Shown one piece after another: positions 38,581 through 47,426 of a stretch of 64,000 bases of DNA (positions within the stretch are counted from its first letter, which is position 1; every line of letters begins with the position of its first letter). Position numbers and translations under genes: made by a program. The notes beneath the pieces were generated by a model, which ran no database searches, was not told the origin of the DNA, and was given only the letters and a program-made list of their open reading frames with translations. The stretch covers positions 306,463-370,462 of the forward strand of contig CBDBHC010000002.1 in NCBI GenBank assembly GCA_965205445.1, written 5' to 3'. The DNA comes from Bryobacterales bacterium. Lineage in GTDB: Bacteria; Acidobacteriota; Terriglobia; Bryobacterales; UBA6623.

Positions 38581-39711
38581 TCAAGCGGCGGCTCGCATCA
38601 TGTCGCGGAACTCCTCGAACAGGTAGCGCGAATCGTGAGGCCCGGGAGCCGCCTCCGGGTGGTATTGCACGCAGAAGAGGGGATCCCTGCGGCTCCGGAA
38701 GCCCTCGACGGTCCGGTCATTGAGATTGACGTGGGTCAGTTCGATCGCCGCGGGATCGAGCGTGTCGGGGTCGAGCGCGAAACCGTGGTTCTGGGACGTG
38801 ATCTCGACCTTGCCGCTCAGCAGATTCAGCACAGGGTGGTTGCATCCGTGATGCCCGAATTTCAGCTTGTAGGTCTTGCCGCCGAGGGCCTGGCCGAGGA
38901 CCTGCAGGCCCAGGCAGATCCCGAAGATCGGAACGCGCCCCGCAAGCTTGCGAATCTCCGCCGCTGGCCCGCCCAGCGGTTCCGGATCACCCGGACCGTT
39001 CGATACGAATATGCCGTCTGGCCTGAGTGCCATTGCATCCTCGGCAGGCGTGCCGCACGGGACCACCGTCACGCGCGCGCCGATGGCCGCGAGCTGTCGC
39101 AGGATGTTGCGCTTGATCCCGAAATCGTAGGCGACGACGTGAAACGAGTCGTCCGCGACCGCCTCTGGCAGGGACGAGGGAAGGCAGTCCGGCGGACCCT
39201 CTGTCCATGAGTAGCGCTCGGTGGTGGAAACCCCGCTTGCCAGGTCCAGACCGGCCATGCTGGGAAGTGCCCGGGCCCTCTCGACCAGTCGGGACTCGTC
39301 GGATTCGAGCGAGGAGATCACTCCTCGCAAGGAGCCATGCTTGCGGATGTGGCGCACGAGCGCGCGGGTGTCGATCTCCGTGAGGATCGGGATGCCGCGC
39401 GATGCGAGGAACTCATCAGCCGACTGCGAGGAGCGCCAGTTGCTGGCCACTTGCGAGAACTCGCGCACGATCAGGCCCTCGATGTACGGGCGGGCCGACT
39501 CGCTGTCGTCCGGATTGGTCCCGTAGTTCCCGATGTGCGGATAGGTCAGGATGACGATTTGCCCGCTGTAAGAGGGGTCAGTAAAGATCTCCTGGTAGCC
39601 GGTCAGCCCTGTGTTGAAGACGACCTCTCCCGACGCTTCTCCCCGGGCTCCCGCGCCACGACCGTGGAAGCAGCGCCCGTCTTCAAGTGCGAGCGTGGCT
39701 GGAAACCCCAT
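38581..39711 (-). CDS. carA: Carbamoyl-phosphate synthase small (glutaminase) subunit
   Basis: 'EVVFNTGLTGYQEIFTDPSYSGQIV' is present, with GATase motifs 'PIFGICLGLQVL' and 'GHHGCNHPV' and the C-terminal 'QYHPEAAPGPHD'. Confidence 0.96.
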   Translation of the reverse strand: MGFPATLALEDGRCFHGRGAGARGEASGEVVFNTGLTGYQEIFTDPSYSGQIVILTYPHIGNYGTNPDDSESARPYIEGLIVREFSQVASNWRSSQSADEFLASRGIPILTEIDTRALVRHIRKHGSLRGVISSLESDESRLVERARALPSMAGLDLASGVSTTERYSWTEGPPDCLPSSLPEAVADDSFHVVAYDFGIKRNILRQLAAIGARVTVVPCGTPAEDAMALRPDGIFVSNGPGDPEPLGGPAAEIRKLAGRVPIFGICLGLQVLGQALGGKTYKLKFGHHGCNHPVLNLLSGKVEITSQNHGFALDPDTLDPAAIELTHVNLNDRTVEGFRSRRDPLFCVQYHPEAAPGPHDSRYLFEEFRDMMRAAA

Positions 39712-39729
39712 CTGTCGATGAATCTCGGC

Positions 39730-40305
39730 TCAGCGAACCACGCCGAACCTGTCCGGCGGCCAGTAGGCGAATACAGCCTTCCCCGAAATCAGTGCCTCGG
39801 CAACGGCTCCCCAAGTGCGGCTGTCGTTCGAAGTGTTCCGGTGATCGCCGAGGACATAGTAGGTTCCCTGCTCGACCAACACCGGCGGGTGGCTCATAGG
39901 GTCTCGGTAGCGTGGCGGAACGTACGGCTCAGGGTAGGCCGCGCCGTCGATGTGGACCACGCCCTTGCGGATTTCGACCGTCTCGCCCGGCAGGCCGACC
40001 ACGCGCTTGATGTACGAGCGAGAAGGGTCCTCGGGAAACCGGAAGACGACCACGTCTCCGCGCTCGATGCTGTCCAAGCGGTAGGCGATCTTGCTGACGA
40101 AGATCCGCTGCTCGTCGGCCAGCTGCGGGAGCATGCTCGTGCCTTCGACCTTGACGGGTTGGCACAGGAAGACGATCACGACGGCCGCGATCGAAAGCGA
40201 CAGCAGGATGTCGCGGATCCAGACACCCAGATCCATCCGAAGCTTCCGGCGGAACTCCGAGCCTTTCTGACTGGAGTCCGGGCCTGTCCGTGGAGCGGTT
40301 TCCAT
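39730..40305 (-). CDS. lepB: Signal peptidase I
   Basis: 'GTSMLPQL' carries the catalytic Ser box. 'RGDVVVFRFP', 'YIKRVVGLPGETVEI' and 'YYVLGDHRNTSNDSRTWG' complete the type I signal peptidase signature. Confidence 0.9.
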   Translation of the reverse strand: METAPRTGPDSSQKGSEFRRKLRMDLGVWIRDILLSLSIAAVVIVFLCQPVKVEGTSMLPQLADEQRIFVSKIAYRLDSIERGDVVVFRFPEDPSRSYIKRVVGLPGETVEIRKGVVHIDGAAYPEPYVPPRYRDPMSHPPVLVEQGTYYVLGDHRNTSNDSRTWGAVAEALISGKAVFAYWPPDRFGVVR

Positions 40306-40713
40306 GACAGTTTCGACGGATATCGGGCCGGACCGTGCCAGCCTGCTCCCATTCTAGCGATCCTGGGCAGGCCTTGATCGACCAGATTGCGGAGCACCGT
40401 CAGTCTTCGCATGCGACTGGGAGGGCGCGGCGTGCTCAGCGACGGCCGCGGCCGGATCTCTTCAGCCGACGAAATGTAACAAATATGCAATTACTTTCGA
40501 CACTGGTCCCGGGGCCGGGCAGGATGGACGAACTGGATTGGAGGACTAAATCTATTAAATTCAACAAGATATATGCACATGAACAAGGATGCTTGATCTC
40601 GCGAGTCAAATCCATACTTGAAATACTGTTGCATTAGATGGTACGATGCAAATCCTCAGGCAACGGGAACCGCGTGTCAGACAAGGGTTTGTCGGGATAG
40701 TTGGGGACATCAA

Positions 40714-41505
40714 ATGCCACATCAGCCAGCAAAACTGTTTCAAAAACCGATTCCAAAGATGCAAGACCGATACTGCCAGGGAGTGTCCCGGGCCGTTGCT
40801 CTGGCGTTGCTTGCGACGGTTTCTCTTTTCGCAGCAAGTTTTCTCCACTCTGTCCTGGCGGGAGAGCATGTACCTGTCGATCCTGTAGACGCTGTGCAGC
40901 TCTTGCAACAGGCTCGCGAAAACAGGGAGGTTCTTGCCGAGACCTTCCCCGGGTTTCGGAGCAAGCTGACAGTCCGGTTCGACGGCGAGGTTTATCGCGG
41001 AACCTGCCTGTTCCGACTGCCCGGGAACGTCCAAGTCACGATGCAGGGAACCAAGGACCTGCCTGACGTCACCGCCACGGTCCGCTCAATGCTCATGCAC
41101 CGGGCTCCATCGAGCCGGACGTCGCCTCAGCAGGCGAGATTCGGTGAGGTGGACGGAAGCCCGCTCGGCCGCGAGGTCCTGCTTTCCGACCGCCATCAGT
41201 CGGCCTACCGCATCCGTAACGGTCAGATCATCCAGATCGATCGCCGGCTGAGCGATCCCCGATTCGTCCTGACGGTCCTCGAGACTCGTGCGACGGAGTC
41301 CGGGAGGTATCTGCCCAGGCATGTCTTCGCCGTGCGATTCGATCCGGACACCGGATCCGTGCTGGAGGCCTGGACGTACATCAGCGAGTTCCAGCGGGTC
41401 GGCGGCGAGTACCTGCCGAAGTCCCGTCAGGTCATTCGGACTGGCCAGGGACGCACGACCGCGCTGCTCATCGAGTGGAGCGACATCGAATTGCTCGAGC
41501 CCTAG
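40714..41505 (+). CDS. Secreted/lipid-anchored hypothetical protein upstream of a TonB-dependent receptor (possibly DUF3386-like)
   Basis: A signal-like 'AVALALLATVSLFAASFLHSVLA' is present. The remainder is globular ('FRSKLTVRFDGEVYRGTCLF..'). Candidate starts are ATG at 40714 or 40759. The family assignment is only a weak recollection. Confidence 0.55.
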   Translation: MPHQPAKLFQKPIPKMQDRYCQGVSRAVALALLATVSLFAASFLHSVLAGEHVPVDPVDAVQLLQQARENREVLAETFPGFRSKLTVRFDGEVYRGTCLFRLPGNVQVTMQGTKDLPDVTATVRSMLMHRAPSSRTSPQQARFGEVDGSPLGREVLLSDRHQSAYRIRNGQIIQIDRRLSDPRFVLTVLETRATESGRYLPRHVFAVRFDPDTGSVLEAWTYISEFQRVGGEYLPKSRQVIRTGQGRTTALLIEWSDIELLEP

Positions 41506-41567
41506 GGCGAGAGCTGGGTTGCGGGCGAATCCCGCCCGCGCATGCCAATCAATCGGGAGGAACACTC

Positions 41568-43841
41568 ATGAGAGTCAGAGACGTCAACCCTGCCTGGACT
41601 TGGCGCGTTTGGGCATTGATCGTGGCAATCACCGCGTCAGCCTTCGCGCAGGAGCGGGTTGCCCTCGAGGGCCGGGTCATCGACCAGACGGGCATTCCGA
41701 TACCGGGGGCATCCGTCTTCATTCGTGATCTTGCAACAGGGCTCGAGACGGCGCAGAGCTCGGGTTCGCGCGGCGACTTCTCGCTTGAGGTGCGACCGGG
41801 CACCTACCGCGTCAGCGCCGCCGAAAACGACTTCCAAACCGTGTCTGAGGACGTCGAGGTCGTCGACCGGACACCCGACCCGGTGGTATTGACGCTCCGT
41901 CCGGCCATCCTGACGCAGTCCATCGTCGTGACTGGATCGCGCGAGCAGGAACTGGTGGAGGATTCGGTCGCGAAGGTAGAGATGATCGCTCGCAGCCAGC
42001 TGCGTGACTCCGGTTACGAAAGCGTGAGCGACATACTTTCCGAGGAGCCAGGCGTGGTGACGCGCACGAGCAGGTCGCCCGGCAGCCGGGCCGGGACGCA
42101 GATTCACGGGATCGATTCGCGGCAGTCACTCATCTTGATCGACGGGTTTCCCATCGTCGGTGCGCGCGGCGTGAAGGGTGGCATTCTCAACATGAACCGG
42201 CAATCGACCAATCGCTTGGAGCGGGTGGAGATCGTCAAGGGTGCCTCGTCAGCACTGTACGGTTCGGACGCCATCGGCGGCGTGATCAACATGATCACCC
42301 GCGAACCGCGCCAGCGCTTTGACGCGGACGTCACGGCGTCTGCAGCGTCGCTGGGAGGGGTCGACCTGCGCGCCGACTCGGGCTTCGTTCATGGCCGTTG
42401 GTCGGGATTCCTCGCGGCCGAGCGGCACAAGCGCAACCCGTACGATCTGACCCCCCAGGACTTTGACACGACCGGACCCGGCTTTCGCCGGTACGACTAC
42501 ATGGCTAAGGTCAGTCGCGAGTTTTCCGAGAACCTCAAGGTCGGCCTCCTCGCGAACGCATTCGACAATCGCCAGGTCAGCGTGTACGCCGGTCGCACGG
42601 GCGGACAGGTGACGACCACCAACGACAGTGCCCAGAACTACGGAGCGACGCTGAACGCGGGCCTTTCCGCTGTGACGCAATTGCAAGCGCGCGGGTACTA
42701 CGGCAAGTACGACGAGAACTCCGAGGTCGACATCCTCACGATTCCGGGCCCGTTCGAGGGCAAGGCTAACCTCAACGAGCGTCTCTATCGGTTCGACACC
42801 AGCCTGTCGCACGTACTCGGAAGCCGACAGTTGCTTCAAGGCGGACTCGACTGGACGAGCAACGAATACCGCGGATATAACCGGCTCGTAGGCGACAACA
42901 ACGGCCAGTCGATTCGCATGGTCGACGCGTGGTTCCAAGACCGGATCCAAGCGCATCCGCGGCTGAGCCTGACCATCGGTGGCCGGGCCACCAACCACTC
43001 GGCCTACGGTTCCCAGATGGTTCCCCGATTCGGTCTCATGTACCGTGCGGCGGACAGCTTCCGTGTGAGGGCCTCGTTCGGCCAAGGATTCCGCGCTCCC
43101 GATCTCGGCCAGCTGTACTATCGATTCCTCACGACATCCGGGATCTACCAGATCATCGGCAATCCGAGTCTCCGGCCCGAGGTCTCGTCGACTACCCAGG
43201 TAGGTTTCGACAGCAACGTGGGACGTCTCCGTTTCGGCGTGACCTACTTCCGGAACGACATCAGGAACCTCATCCAGACACAGCTGCTAGGAAGGCCGCG
43301 GACCCCGGAACAGCTCGGAGCGATACTGACGGAGTTCGGTATCGAGTCCGCATTCAGTCCCGGGCTGAACCGATTCACGTATCTGTACCGCAACATCGAC
43401 AACGTATTCACCGCCGGGCTCGAGAGTCGGGCCCAAGTGCGACTGACGGAGAACCTGATCGTCACCAGCGGATACACGTACCTCGATGCCAGGGACAAGG
43501 CGACGGGTGGTTTCCTGAGCCAGCGGCACAAGCACCACGGGAACTTCCGCATCTGGTGGTCGACCAACCGCTTTGGCGGTCTCCGCACGAACTTCCGGGG
43601 AACATATTTGGGGAAGTGGCCGATCGTTGGCCGACGCGCCACCCTGATCGCCGACAGTTACCAGCTGTGGGACTGGTACATCGCAAAGCCGATCCGATCC
43701 GGGTTCGAAATGTACGGCGTGATCGATAACCTCTTCGATTCCATCGATTCGAATCTTGACAGCGCAGACCCGACGTTCTACCGAGCCGATCCGGGCAGGA
43801 CCTTCCGGGTCGGACTCCGCTGGACATTCGGCGTGGAGTAG
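41568..43841 (+). CDS. TonB-dependent receptor with an N-terminal carboxypeptidase-regulatory-like domain
   Basis: ATG at 41568 follows GGGAGG. The signal peptide is 'WRVWALIVAITASAFAQE'. 'LEGRVIDQTGIPIPGASVFI' marks the CarbopepD_reg-like domain. The plug motif is 'LERVEIVKGASSALYGSDAIGGVINMI'. The C-terminus is 'FRVGLRWTFGVE'. Confidence 0.9.
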   Translation: MRVRDVNPAWTWRVWALIVAITASAFAQERVALEGRVIDQTGIPIPGASVFIRDLATGLETAQSSGSRGDFSLEVRPGTYRVSAAENDFQTVSEDVEVVDRTPDPVVLTLRPAILTQSIVVTGSREQELVEDSVAKVEMIARSQLRDSGYESVSDILSEEPGVVTRTSRSPGSRAGTQIHGIDSRQSLILIDGFPIVGARGVKGGILNMNRQSTNRLERVEIVKGASSALYGSDAIGGVINMITREPRQRFDADVTASAASLGGVDLRADSGFVHGRWSGFLAAERHKRNPYDLTPQDFDTTGPGFRRYDYMAKVSREFSENLKVGLLANAFDNRQVSVYAGRTGGQVTTTNDSAQNYGATLNAGLSAVTQLQARGYYGKYDENSEVDILTIPGPFEGKANLNERLYRFDTSLSHVLGSRQLLQGGLDWTSNEYRGYNRLVGDNNGQSIRMVDAWFQDRIQAHPRLSLTIGGRATNHSAYGSQMVPRFGLMYRAADSFRVRASFGQGFRAPDLGQLYYRFLTTSGIYQIIGNPSLRPEVSSTTQVGFDSNVGRLRFGVTYFRNDIRNLIQTQLLGRPRTPEQLGAILTEFGIESAFSPGLNRFTYLYRNIDNVFTAGLESRAQVRLTENLIVTSGYTYLDARDKATGGFLSQRHKHHGNFRIWWSTNRFGGLRTNFRGTYLGKWPIVGRRATLIADSYQLWDWYIAKPIRSGFEMYGVIDNLFDSIDSNLDSADPTFYRADPGRTFRVGLRWTFGVE

Positions 43842-43869
43842 TACCGGGCATTCCCGCATGCCCGCCATG

Positions 43870-43906
43870 ATGCCGGCCGCCGGGCCCCACTGCCCGAGGC
43901 CGGCAT
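43870..43906 (+). terminator. GC-rich hairpin after the TonB receptor gene (possible terminator)
   Basis: A 9-bp stem ATGCCGGCC / GGCCGGCAT encloses a 19-nt loop, 29 nt after the stop codon. There is no clear U-tract. Confidence 0.25.
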
Positions 43907-43994
43907 GCGGCGGTCCAGTTTGCGGCTCGCACCCCAGCATGCCGGGTCAATTGAGGCAGTCGATCGACTTGCGATCTGTGGGACCTTCCTACCG

Positions 43995-44240
43995 TTAGAG
44001 GCGGAAGGGAGTTCCGGCATGCTCGGAGTGCACCGGCAGCGAAGGCAGGACTGTAGCGCGTGCTAGCAATCGGCGGGGATCGCGCGAATGCCGCCTGTTG
44101 CGGGTGCCAGCCAGCACTTCCATTCGAACGGAGTCGCAAGTCGCGGTTTCCGCCCGAAGCAAGTCCTCGACGCGGTCAGATTTCGCCGCACCCGTATCGC
44201 GCGGAAACGCGACCCGGGTGGAAGTGTCGGCCCAAATCAC
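43995..44240 (-). pseudogene. Truncated PIN-domain (VapC-like) toxin remnant
   Basis: '(M)IWADTSTRVAF...DSVRMEVLAGTR' retains the first PIN acidic residue (hhhDTS) and the conserved Glu. The ORF stops after 81 aa, before the distal Asp motifs. The GTG start overlaps the stop of an upstream 66-aa ORF by 4 nt (GTGA). Confidence 0.4.
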
Positions 44241-44470
44241 CGCGAGCTACCGGTACGCAGTTCGTCGAGGTCCCCCTGCCAGCCTGCGAAGCGCGAATCT
44301 GACCGGCTCGCCCGGTCGAGAGGCGGCTCCGTACCGTCAGGGTCGCAGTCGGTTGGAGTTGTTGAGCAACCGCTCCCGGCTTCGTCGTCGCAACTCCGCA
44401 GATTCGCGCAAACCAGCTTCGCGTGGCGCTCCGCCACCCAAGTCTCCTACACTGACAACGGAGGCAATTC

Positions 44471-45415
44471 GTGGAGCGCATTACTCGCAGGGATCTCGGA
44501 AGGACGGCCGCCGTTGCTGGCGCCCTAGCCGTCGGAGCGACGGCCGCCCGCGCCGACCGAGTCGGAAAGCGGCCATTCGGCAAGACAGGGCTTGAAGTGG
44601 GCCTGCTCGGCATAGGCACGGGGCCACTGGGCAGCGAAGGCGTCAGCCAGGGCGTAGTCAACGATGTCATCGCCGCGGCGGCGGACTACGGAGTGAACTA
44701 CCTTGACACGGCGCCGATCTACGGGCAAGCCGAGCGAAGGCTTGGACCTGCCCTGAAAGGCAAGCGCGACAAGTTCGTGCTGGTCACCAAGGTCGAGGCC
44801 ACCTCCAAGCAGGACGCCACTTGGCAGGTGAAGGAGAGCCTGCAGAAGACGCGCGCCGAGTACTTCGACCTCGTCCACATTCACAACGTCGGGCGGACAG
44901 ACCGCTTCCCGAGCCTCGACATCCTGTTGGGAGAGGACGGGGCGCTGGCAGCCCTGGAGGCTCTGAAGGAAAAGGGCCTGGTCCGCCACGTGGGCATGAC
45001 CTGCCACTTGAGACCGCGCCGGGCGCTGCCCATTCTTCGTTCCGGGCGGGTCGAAGCCGTCATGGCCGCCGTCAACCCGATCGATCGCCACATCTACGAC
45101 TTCGAGGGGACCGTCTTCGAGGAGGCCGCGGACCGCGGCATGGGCATCGTCGCCATGAAGGTTCTCGGAGGCACGCAGGGCGACGGTGCGATCCTCTCGG
45201 ATGAGCCCCATTACGGGCGCGCAGTACGCTACGCGATGGGCATCCCCGGACTCTCGGTGGCGATCATGGGCATGAAGTCGGTTGCCGAACTCGATAAGGC
45301 GGTGGCTACGGTACGCGCCTACAAGCCTCTGGAGGGCAGGGAACTCACCGAGGCGATGGAGGACGGCAAGCTGAGGGCCGCCAAGCTGGGCGAGCACCGC
45401 GGACCGGCGGTCTGA
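44471..45415 (+). CDS. Aldo/keto reductase with a Tat-type signal peptide
   Basis: The twin-arginine leader is 'ITRRDLGRTAAVAGALAVGATAARA'. AKR blocks are 'NYLDTAPIYGQAERRLG', 'DLVHIHNV' and 'GLVRHVGMTCH'. Confidence 0.88.
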   Translation: MERITRRDLGRTAAVAGALAVGATAARADRVGKRPFGKTGLEVGLLGIGTGPLGSEGVSQGVVNDVIAAAADYGVNYLDTAPIYGQAERRLGPALKGKRDKFVLVTKVEATSKQDATWQVKESLQKTRAEYFDLVHIHNVGRTDRFPSLDILLGEDGALAALEALKEKGLVRHVGMTCHLRPRRALPILRSGRVEAVMAAVNPIDRHIYDFEGTVFEEAADRGMGIVAMKVLGGTQGDGAILSDEPHYGRAVRYAMGIPGLSVAIMGMKSVAELDKAVATVRAYKPLEGRELTEAMEDGKLRAAKLGEHRGPAV

Positions 45416-45436
45416 CCGCCCGGGCGGCGGGACAGG

Positions 45437-45928
45437 TCACATCTTGTACTGGCCGAGATCTTCTTCGCCGAGATTCTCGAGCCACTTGCGCAGCTCATCG
45501 CTGTTGGCCTTGTCGTTGAGTGTCGGCGACAGCTTCGACGAGGTGATCACCTGCTCGCTGACGTAGATCGGGCAGTCCAGCCGCAATGCCAGGGCCAGGG
45601 CGTCGCTCGGCCGGGAATCGATCGACATCATCTGGCCGTCCTTCTGCTCGACCCAAATGACCGCGAAGAACGTGTCGTCCTTCAGCTCGCTGACCACGAC
45701 ACGCTGGATCCATGCGTCGCAGCCCATTAGGAGGCTCCGGAAGAGATCGTGGGTCATGGGCCGCGGCGTCGCGACCTTCTCGATTTCCAAGGCAATCGCG
45801 TTCGCCTCGTAGACGCCGATCCAGATCGGCAGGACGGTCTTGTTGGACCGGTCCTTGAGGACCACGATGGGCATGTTCGTGATCGGGTCCATCATCAGGC
45901 CGCAAATTCTCATCTCGACATCCGCCAT
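45437..45928 (-). CDS. Bifunctional nuclease family protein (DUF151/BFN)
   Basis: The start is ATG at 45928, preceded by AAGGAGA. 'PIVVLKDRSNKTVLPIWIGVYEANAIALEIEKVATPRPMTHDL' and 'IDSRPSDALALALRLDCPIYV' match the DUF151 pattern. The longer ORF upstream overlaps miaB and was rejected. Confidence 0.88.
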   Translation of the reverse strand: MADVEMRICGLMMDPITNMPIVVLKDRSNKTVLPIWIGVYEANAIALEIEKVATPRPMTHDLFRSLLMGCDAWIQRVVVSELKDDTFFAVIWVEQKDGQMMSIDSRPSDALALALRLDCPIYVSEQVITSSKLSPTLNDKANSDELRKWLENLGEEDLGQYKM

Positions 45929-45939
45929 CCTTGTCTCCT

Positions 45940-47301
45940 TCAGTTCAGTACATGGAGCCCCTGGAATGCGGGCTCGGCCTCGGCGGACGCGAGTTCGCCG
46001 ACCAGAGAATTGGGTCCCGACGCGGTGACTTCCACCTGGCAGTAGGTTCCGCGGAGGTCCCGCGCCCCGGCGAGTGCCGAGGGATCGGTGAAGTTCAGCA
46101 CGCGATTCTGGGAAGTGCGCCCCACCCACTGGTTGAACTTCTCCTTGCGGCCTTCGACGAGCGCTTCCTCGCGCCGGCCGATCAATTCGGCGTTCCGGCG
46201 CAGCTGGATCCGGCGCTGGCGCTCTTGCAACTCTCGGAGTCGCCGCCCCTTCTCCCCTTCCGGGAGCTGAGGCATCTCGGCTGCCGGCGTTCCCCTGCGT
46301 GGCGAGTACTTGAATGAGAACACGGACGCGTACTCGACCGTGTCCAGCAGCGAGAGCGTTAGCTGAAAGTCCTTCTCGGTCTCTCCCGGAAACCCCACGA
46401 TGATGTCCGTGCTGAGCTCGATCGTCCGGTCTGCGCGTTTCAGCAGTTCGATGCAACGCAGGTACTGGTCCCGGGTATAGGTGCGATGCATCGTCCGGAG
46501 CACGCGTGTCGAACCCGACTGAACCGGAAGATGCACCCAGTCGCAGAGCGATTCGTTGCGATCGATCGCCTCGACAATGTCCGGAGTGAAATCCGCTGGA
46601 TGCGACGTGGTAAACCGGACTCGCCGTATGCGCGGCAGCCGGCCGATTTCGTCGAGCAGCCGGGCGAAGCTCCAGCCCGCCGGCGAGGGGTCCCGGTAGC
46701 TGTTGACGGTCTGGCCAAGCAGAGTGATCTCCGTGTAGCCTCGGTTCGCCAAGTCCCGGGCCTCTCGCATCACAGCCTCGCTGTTGCGGCTCCGTTCGGG
46801 ACCGCGCGTGAATGGCACGACGCAGTAGGTGCAGGCCTTGTCGCAGCCCTCGATGATGGTGATGTATGCGCTGAAGGGGCGGTCGCGCTCGACGCGCGGC
46901 ACGTCGAACGTCTCGTCCGTCTCGAGTTCAAGGCCCGTAACGCGCGACTCCCCGGCTTCGACCCTGTCGAGAAGCGCAGGCAGGGCGCTATAGCTCGCAG
47001 AGCCGCAGACAAAGTCTACGTGCGGCGCTCTCTCGAAGATGTCCTCGCCGTTGTGCTGGGCGACACAGCCCAGCACGCCGATCGTCTTTCCCGAAGCGCC
47101 GCGCTTGACGCCGCCCAGCCGAGAGAACACCTTCTGCTCTGCCTTGTCCCGGATGCTGCAAGTGTTGTACAGCAGCATTCCTGCATCCTCGGGAGACGCC
47201 ACCTGACTGTACCCGCGGGATTCGAGCAGACCGCGGACCTTCTCGCTGTCGTGAACGTTCATCTGACAGCCGAAGGTCTCTATGTAGAAGGTCTTGGACA
47301 C
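45940..47301 (-). CDS. miaB: tRNA-2-methylthio-N6-dimethylallyladenosine synthase (radical SAM methylthiotransferase)
   Basis: The N-terminus is 'FYIETFGCQMNVHDSE', the radical-SAM motif is 'GCDKACTYCVVP', and a C-terminal TRAM-like region is present. The length is 453 aa. Confidence 0.93.
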   Translation of the reverse strand: MSKTFYIETFGCQMNVHDSEKVRGLLESRGYSQVASPEDAGMLLYNTCSIRDKAEQKVFSRLGGVKRGASGKTIGVLGCVAQHNGEDIFERAPHVDFVCGSASYSALPALLDRVEAGESRVTGLELETDETFDVPRVERDRPFSAYITIIEGCDKACTYCVVPFTRGPERSRNSEAVMREARDLANRGYTEITLLGQTVNSYRDPSPAGWSFARLLDEIGRLPRIRRVRFTTSHPADFTPDIVEAIDRNESLCDWVHLPVQSGSTRVLRTMHRTYTRDQYLRCIELLKRADRTIELSTDIIVGFPGETEKDFQLTLSLLDTVEYASVFSFKYSPRRGTPAAEMPQLPEGEKGRRLRELQERQRRIQLRRNAELIGRREEALVEGRKEKFNQWVGRTSQNRVLNFTDPSALAGARDLRGTYCQVEVTASGPNSLVGELASAEAEPAFQGLHVLN

Positions 47302-47426
47302 GGCGGGAACGTGCCGCGCTAACGTCCGTCTCGCAATACCGCGAATCGTCCCTTCGGCGGCGAAAATACGTTAAGCGCAGTATAGCAACGGGTTGAGCGG
47401 CCCGACGCCCCCGCCCGGGCCCGCAC

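Noticed and set aside
40650-40713. Riboswitch-like 'AACGGGAACCGCGTG' upstream of the secreted-protein/TBDR operon.
   Set aside because: Only one short word resembles the cobalamin riboswitch core. There is no B12 box or supporting helices.
45929-46456. N-terminal 176-aa extension of ORF 45437..46456(-), upstream of the DUF151 nuclease domain.
   Set aside because: The extension is Arg/Gly/Pro-rich and lies entirely inside the miaB coding region in another frame. An ATG at 45928 with an AAGGAGA ribosome-binding site gives a normal-length DUF151 protein.
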